Positions 61,901 through 64,000 of a stretch of 64,000 nucleotides of DNA are shown here, piece after piece. Below the pieces are notes generated by a model that made no database searches, had not been told where the DNA came from, and worked only from the letters and a program-made list of their open reading frames with translations. Position 1 is the first letter of the stretch. Every line of letters starts with the position of its first letter. Location: the NCBI GenBank assembly GCA_963665665.1, contig OY762428.1, positions 3,584,001-3,648,000 on the forward strand. Direction: 5' to 3'. A program made the translations under genes and the position numbers. Origin of the DNA: Candidatus Kapaibacterium sp. (GTDB lineage Bacteria > Bacteroidota > Ignavibacteria > Kapaibacteriales > UBA2268).

Positions 61901-63166
61901 TATTATGATAATTCAAGTGATGAACTCAGGGTATATACCGGTTCATCCTGGGAATCTGTAAGTACAGGCAGTGGCGGTGGTAGTACGGTATGGAGTGAGA
62001 ATGGTTCTGATATATATTATAATTCCGGTAATGTCGGGATTGGTATAAATCCACCCACAGCAACTTTAGATGTTGACGGAAGCGCAATATTCAATGAGAG
62101 CGGTACGGACGTAGATTTTCGTGTGGAATCTGATAATCTTACTCACATGTTTTTTGTTGATGGTGAAGGAGACCAGATCGGGATAGGTACATCAAACCCT
62201 ACTTCAACAGTTACTCTTGATATAATTGGTAATACAAGAATTGAAGGTGACCTGGAAGTAACCGGCGAGATTGATCCTGTTTCAATAACATTACAACCAC
62301 AGGCAGTTGCTCCAACAGGAGTAGAAGGGAAAGTTTATTACGATGCTACCAGCAGTGAATTGAAAGTTCATACAGGGTCTTCTTATGAGACTATTGCTAC
62401 CGGCTCAGGCGGCGGCGGTGGTGTGGGTGGAAGCGGAATAGCAAATCAGATTGCTTTCTGGTCTGACGGATCGACTATAACGTCAGAAAATGGTTCCGCA
62501 GGTTCTATGTACTGGGATGATACCAACAAGAGACTGGGAATCGGCAGAACTTCAACAACTAATACTCTTGAAGTATCGGATAATATCGGTATTTGGGGTA
62601 CAACGCCAACATTGAATTTAAACACGGATGCCAATAATTATTATAAAATAACTTTAGAATCAGGCGATCTTAATATTGATCAGGAAATACCCTCCGGAAA
62701 CACGGGTGGTAGTATTAATTTCAGGGATGATGCTGATAATATTGTTGCCGAAGTTGACCTCGAAAATCAGAATGTTCATATCCCTAACGGTAAGCTTGCC
62801 GTGGGCCACGATTCACCTGATGTGACTCTGGATGTTGACGGCGGGTTGGTTCTCCGGTCTATGGAAGTTACAATCTCGTCGAGTCCTCAGACAATAACAG
62901 TAGGAGATAATTCTTTTATTGTATGTACTCCCACAAGTGGAAATATGACGATTGTTTTAGGTGATGGAGTAAGGGTTGGTCAGATTTTATATCTAACTTC
63001 TACTACCACGAGTGTTAATATAACTACTGGTTCAAACGTAAAGAGAGTTTTAGATCCTAATAATGGAAATCCACTATCCTTTGTCTTAGATGCTAATGAT
63101 ATTTTACATTTGATTTGGAATGGTAACGACTGGCTTGAAGTTTCAAGGTCAAAAAATGAAAATTAA
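58940..63166 (+). CDS. Large secreted fibre/adhesin-like protein with phage tail-fibre-like repeats
   Basis: Signal peptide (ALA-Q); VGIGT..P repeats, GFLIPRMT..ER motif; GTYG...FTVD.KGRLTAA repeats. Confidence 0.75.
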   Translation: MRTLLRHEIDSKKILIFLIAFIVFASPALAQTENVGIGTTSPDNSALLDVDVSSMATKRGFLIPRMTTAERNSITSPATGLVVYNTDNGRFEYNNNTPAAPNWVGLISSEATVPFNLITAGTNSGQALLIGDGSTLGPTGTGTITANIFTGTGSTSDMVDLATGEVSGVLPIANGGTNSSAALINDQLMISSGGAIVEAGAMTDGQLVIGSSGAAPVVTTLTEGANISITNAPGSITIASDLPALNSAEIWIGDASSQAVSQSIGGDAGLALDGTLTLATTAVSPGTYGNATQVATFTVDTKGRLTAAGNQDISGVSPVGSALNQTQVWIGDASNQAAAQTIGGDATIAANGDLTLATTAVSAGSYGNATQVATFTVDTKGRLTAAGNQDISGVSPVGSALNQTQVWIGDASNQAAAQTIGGDATIAANGDLTLATTSVSAGTYGNATQVATFTVDTKGRLTAAGNQDISGVSPVGSALNQAQVWIGDASNQAAAQTIGGDATIAANGDLTLEPSGVTAAIYGDGLSVPQLTVNAKGLLTSVTNTTITSNSSTSAGIVASGAGQANQIWKTDATGNPAWRDDATGITSITAGTGLDGGTITTTGTIDLANTTVTPGSYGSATEVATFTVDAQGRLTAAANTTISGVAPGGAAGGDLSGSYPNPDIAAGVIINADINNSAEIDVSKLAEGGTTGELIRTNGTDVEWWSPDFPTGSGAANQVTYWSGVGTITSSANYTYDGSDLGLTGNAGITGDLDVTGTIGIINGTGGENTFTTIAGQSAVINYNLPSALPVSTGFLQSNSTGQLSWVDFTFPTGTEGQTVRFDNAGQMEASSAIYNDGSNIGMGLTSAIGSRLVVKGSGNTIATSALNVTNNADNSLLFVRDDGKVGIGNNTPGALLDVDGSAIFNESGTDVDFRVESDNLTHMFFVDGEGDQIGIGTSNPTSTVTLDIIGNTRIEGDLEVTGEIDPVSVIYQPQATAPAALKGKLYYDNSSDELRVYTGSSWESVSTGSGGGSTVWSENGSDIYYNSGNVGIGINPPTATLDVDGSAIFNESGTDVDFRVESDNLTHMFFVDGEGDQIGIGTSNPTSTVTLDIIGNTRIEGDLEVTGEIDPVSITLQPQAVAPTGVEGKVYYDATSSELKVHTGSSYETIATGSGGGGGVGGSGIANQIAFWSDGSTITSENGSAGSMYWDDTNKRLGIGRTSTTNTLEVSDNIGIWGTTPTLNLNTDANNYYKITLESGDLNIDQEIPSGNTGGSINFRDDADNIVAEVDLENQNVHIPNGKLAVGHDSPDVTLDVDGGLVLRSMEVTISSSPQTITVGDNSFIVCTPTSGNMTIVLGDGVRVGQILYLTSTTTSVNITTGSNVKRVLDPNNGNPLSFVLDANDILHLIWNGNDWLEVSRSKNEN
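59691..60560 (+). repeat. Intragenic 234-bp (78-aa) tandem repeat, 3 full units plus a diverged 4th
   Basis: Unit starts at 59691, 59925, 60159, 60393. Confidence 0.95.
61634..62280 (+). repeat. Intragenic duplication, ~212-bp near-identical blocks 435 bp apart
   Basis: 61634-61845 vs 62069-62280. Confidence 0.95.
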
Positions 63167-63169
63167 AAT

Positions 63170-64000
63170 ATGAAAATAGTAAACAGATATACAAAATTAT
63201 ATATAATTCTTTCTGCTCTAATCCTACTTTTTACTGTTAAGTCGGAAGGGCAGATAATAACTTTAAGCCCAAATGCAACAGTATCTTTAAAAGACGGATC
63301 TGTTTTGCAGGTAAACGGCGGGTTGGAAATATCTTCTTCTGCCGGTCTAAGCCAGACCGGAAGCGGTAACATATATATCAGCGGTGACTGGACTAATAAC
63401 GGTGGTACTTTTACACCCGGCTCGGGAACCGTTACATTTCTGGGGAGCTCCAATGCTTCGATAAACGGAACTTCTCTTACGGAATTTTATTTTCTTCATA
63501 TTTTGAAAAACGGTGTTGCCGGCAGTGATATTCTAACTCTTATTCAGAATATTCAGGTTAATGATGATTTATTAGGTGAAGATGGTATTTTCAGAATTAA
63601 TAACGGGGCCGTCAGGAGTATTGAAATTTTCGGCGACCTGATTATCAATTCTGACGGAACTTTCGATCTTGCTTCAACAGGTTCTGCAACTCATAATCTT
63701 GATTTGCACGGAGATGTTAATAATTCAGGTATAATTGACTTGTTAGGTTCATCATCTGTAATAACTTCTTTTGTTGGTGTCGGTAATGCTGATGTATTCG
63801 GTAGCGGTCCAACTACTGAATTTTCAAGGATAACTCTTTCAAAAACAAACCCATCTGATATTGTTCATATCTATCCGGATAATTTCAATACTCAGGATCA
63901 GTTTCTGGTTCTGAATACAGGTGTTCTCAGATTTGGCGGAACATACAGCCTTACCAAATCATTTTTCTATTCTTATGCAAGTACTCCGCAAATACCTTCG
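63170..64000 (+). CDS. Large secreted surface protein, 3' truncated by window
   Basis: MKIVNRYTKLYIILSALILLFTVKSEG-Q...GDWTNNGGTFTPGSGTVTF; appears open to the window end, so absent from the ORF track. Confidence 0.75.
   Translation, partial: MKIVNRYTKLYIILSALILLFTVKSEGQIITLSPNATVSLKDGSVLQVNGGLEISSSAGLSQTGSGNIYISGDWTNNGGTFTPGSGTVTFLGSSNASINGTSLTEFYFLHILKNGVAGSDILTLIQNIQVNDDLLGEDGIFRINNGAVRSIEIFGDLIINSDGTFDLASTGSATHNLDLHGDVNNSGIIDLLGSSSVITSFVGVGNADVFGSGPTTEFSRITLSKTNPSDIVHIYPDNFNTQDQFLVLNTGVLRFGGTYSLTKSFFYSYASTPQIPS

Noticed and set aside
58940-63166. Prophage
   Set aside because: The fibre-like gene has a Sec signal peptide, and there are no capsid, terminase, integrase or lysis genes nearby.

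Overview
Bacterial chromosomal window, most likely from an FCB-group (Ignavibacteria/Kapabacteria-like) organism. That placement is inferred from the mix of T9SS C-terminal sorting domains, Bacteroidota-style palindromic repeats and flagellar genes. Core content: tRNA-Thr(TGT), radC, uvrB, a sigma54-type flagellar operon (flgF-G-A-H-I-J-N-[four-helix bundle]-flgK-L-motA), ychF, an S46 peptidase, lgt, nadK, pfkA, fmt, nadE, and a DnaA-box cluster at 54.3-54.6 kb that may be oriC. The most unusual structure is an AT-rich island (27988-38723) of two head-to-tail modules of secreted/T9SS-cargo genes. Their leaders and tails are near-identical but their cargo is unrelated, and all three boundaries fall on the same 11-bp core (GGCTTGAAGCC) of a palindromic repeat, like a cassette array. 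Also notable: a 2.2-kb gene-free tract (45.4-47.6 kb) of nested palindromic repeats and two divergent 21-bp arrays, an apparently catalytically dead orphan HepT/DUF86, a small ORF missing from the ORF track under a sigma54-like promoter, and a 1408-aa phage-fibre-like surface protein with recent internal duplications. All calls come from reading the sequence; no searches were run.
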